Of a stretch of DNA of 64,000 bases, positions 62,387 through 64,000 are shown piece after piece. Position 1 is the stretch's first letter. The number at the start of each line of letters is the position of its first letter. Below the pieces are notes generated by a model, which was not told the origin of the DNA, searched no databases, and worked only from the letters and a program-made list of their open reading frames with translations. The stretch lies in assembly GCA_965197745.1 (NCBI GenBank), contig CBDANS010000007.1, positions 1,184,001 through 1,248,000 on the forward strand. Direction: 5' to 3'. The translations under genes were made by a program, and so were the position numbers. Source of the DNA: Opitutales bacterium. GTDB taxonomy: Bacteria; Verrucomicrobiota; Verrucomicrobiia; Opitutales; PNEW01.

Positions 62387-63184
62387 TTACTGAATTCGAT
62401 TGCAGAGCGGCGACCCGTGATTACCCGCTGTCTCCAATTTGGTAATTTCTATGAAAGCCAATATCACCTTTTCTTTATTATAACACCAGTTCTCTTTCCC
62501 GAAATCAGGCGGAGCATAATTCGATGTCACTGGATAATGCCGAAATAGTTTTTCCAGTTCATCGACTGATCGAAACCTGACTCCATGGGTTAGGGGTAAG
62601 CCTTCCTGGTGACAATCAGTCGTTATGAGTAACTTACCTCCCGGTTTCAGGCATCGATACATCTCCTTCACAGCCCTTTCCGTATTTCGAATATGCTCAA
62701 TCACTGAGATGCTGGTTATATAATCAAAAGTGCTGTCAGAGTAGGAAATGTTTAATAAATCGATGTTCTCCATAGAAAGATTGGGAGCACATTTTTTTAG
62801 TAAGGAAGTCCATTTCAGATAAAATAACTCGTTTTTCTTCCTAGGTAAAAGGCCGGTGAATCGCAGTACTGATTTATATAAACGCTGGTACAACAGGTCT
62901 GAGACCACAGGATTTTCGGTATAAGTGGCTAGCCATAAACCAGTGAAGGTGTTGAAAGAACCCGTATCTAATACTTTAATCTTTGTATTGTTAAGGGGTA
63001 TCTGTCGGAGAACCTGATATAATTCCCAATCCCGCTGTCGCGTCGGGTAGGGGAAATTATCCGGCAGCAATCGCTTTATTACTTTATCATATCCCACTAA
63101 ATAATCGCGACACGTTTCGCTGCCTCGTTCAATTTTCCGATAATAGTGGATAGGTAATGGCGGTGCCATAGCCAAGGCTTTCAT
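62387..63184 (-). CDS. Class I SAM-dependent methyltransferase
   Basis: VLDTGS, FDYITSISVIEH, LKPGGKL. Confidence 0.85.
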   Translation of the reverse strand: MKALAMAPPLPIHYYRKIERGSETCRDYLVGYDKVIKRLLPDNFPYPTRQRDWELYQVLRQIPLNNTKIKVLDTGSFNTFTGLWLATYTENPVVSDLLYQRLYKSVLRFTGLLPRKKNELFYLKWTSLLKKCAPNLSMENIDLLNISYSDSTFDYITSISVIEHIRNTERAVKEMYRCLKPGGKLLITTDCHQEGLPLTHGVRFRSVDELEKLFRHYPVTSNYAPPDFGKENWCYNKEKVILAFIEITKLETAGNHGSPLCNRIQ

Positions 63185-63374
63185 TTCACTAAATTTCCAG
63201 CCTCTTTACTCAGGATTTAAGTTATTGGCGATATATAATTCCTGCAGTCACCGATTCGAGCACGCGCTGCTTTATTAACCCGATTGTGATTAGTTTTAGC
63301 ATGACAGCTCTCAACCGCTCGATTTCGCAATAAATCCGGGCAAAAAGTTATTTAAATGAATGATAAAAAAGAGG

Positions 63375-63426
63375 TTGACAAAGTGGGGTGAAATGTCATG
63401 AAATGTCAAATAATGGTGAATTGGGT
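63375..63426 (+). promoter_or_regulatory. mraZ/dcw promoter with probable MraZ-binding repeats
   Basis: TTGACA followed by 10-bp periodic units AAGTGGGGTG/AAATGTCATG/AAATGTCAAA/TAATGGTGAA and TTGGG. Confidence 0.6.
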
Positions 63427-63435
63427 CAATTAGTG

Positions 63436-63885
63436 ATGATAGAATCAGAGTTAGAGACATTATATGTGGGGGAGTTCCGGCATAACCTTGATGCAAAAAA
63501 ACGGGTTACGGTTCCTTCTAAATGGCGTTTTCGCGGGGATGATATAGACGTCTACGTGGCATGGCCGCACCCTAATGGCTATATAGTGGTATATCCTCCG
63601 AGGAAGATCGAGGAATTTCGAGAGAAACTGGGTGATTTGCAGGAGAGTGATCCACGGGGGCAGCGAATGTTACAGAAGCTTTTCGGAAAAGCTCACAATT
63701 TTGGCTGTGATTCCCAGGGAAGGATCAAGCTTCATGAAAAACTGGTAGAAGCAGCTGAAATAGAGAAGGAAGTTGTCCTTGTTGGGTTAGTTGAGAAATT
63801 CACGATATGGAGCGCTGCCCGCTTCGACCAACAGGACGAAGAAGAATTTGATCTGCAGTCAGCGATGAAAGATTTGGGCATTTAA
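63436..63885 (+). CDS. mraZ: Division/cell wall cluster transcriptional repressor MraZ
   Basis: GEFRHNLDAKKRVTVPSKWR, DSQGRI, LVG....TIW; start 63433/63436 preferred over 63388. Confidence 0.93.
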   Translation: MIESELETLYVGEFRHNLDAKKRVTVPSKWRFRGDDIDVYVAWPHPNGYIVVYPPRKIEEFREKLGDLQESDPRGQRMLQKLFGKAHNFGCDSQGRIKLHEKLVEAAEIEKEVVLVGLVEKFTIWSAARFDQQDEEEFDLQSAMKDLGI

Positions 63886-63898
63886 CCACAATCAAACT

Positions 63899-64000
63899 AT
63901 GCACTTAAGAAAAAATTCATTCAACAGCGATATACTAGGGACTGAAGATCCAAGGCATTTTTCAGATTGGAAGTTCCGCAACCTCCACCAACCGGTAAAC
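63899..64000 (+). CDS. Partial ORF downstream of mraZ (rsmH N-terminus or a small upstream ORF)
   Basis: Open frame MHLRKNSF...FSDWKFRNLHQPVN runs off the window at the position where rsmH normally follows mraZ. Confidence 0.4.
   Translation, partial: MHLRKNSFNSDILGTEDPRHFSDWKFRNLHQPVN

Noticed and set aside
63388..63435. N-terminal extension of MraZ given by the ORF track
   Set aside because: It overlaps the promoter and repeat region; family similarity begins later.
1..64000. Many 60-155 aa antisense or nested ORFs in the track; prophage, DGR, retron or defence systems
   Set aside because: The short ORFs shadow well-supported genes. No integrase, reverse transcriptase, phage structural or nuclease genes were recognised.

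Overview
Gene-dense bacterial chromosomal window of moderate GC with AT-rich spacers. The right end (YihY, GYF-like protein, nadK, tlyA, mraZ) and the style of the surface proteins suggest a Verrucomicrobiota/Opitutales-like host, which is an inference. Most of the window is a mosaic of mostly unlinked catabolic and accessory genes: SDRs, Gfo/Idh/MocA oxidoreductases, aldo-keto reductases, four PhyH-type Fe(II)/2OG dioxygenases, a sugar kinase, a mutarotase, aldolases, an enolase-superfamily protein, MFS and Na/Pi transporters, aspC, sthA, queH and ppiC. There are clear signs of decay and mobility. A complete 1313-bp IS1595-family element (24-bp TIRs, 8-bp TSD, frameshifted passenger ORF) splits an HPP-family gene. 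A sulfotransferase carries an in-frame TGA. A ~1037-aa RCC1-repeat surface protein is broken by two homopolymer frameshifts, and an ADP-ribosylglycohydrolase survives only as a remnant. The most striking unexplained element is an apparently stand-alone ~345-nt structured transcription unit at ~31737-32118. It has a promoter, several hairpins, a 13-nt perfect complement of the 16S rRNA 3' end, a 29-codon ORF, a second SD-like site and a strong terminator. No rRNA, tRNA, CRISPR array, prophage or reverse transcriptase was seen. All family assignments come from motif recognition by eye; no database search was run.
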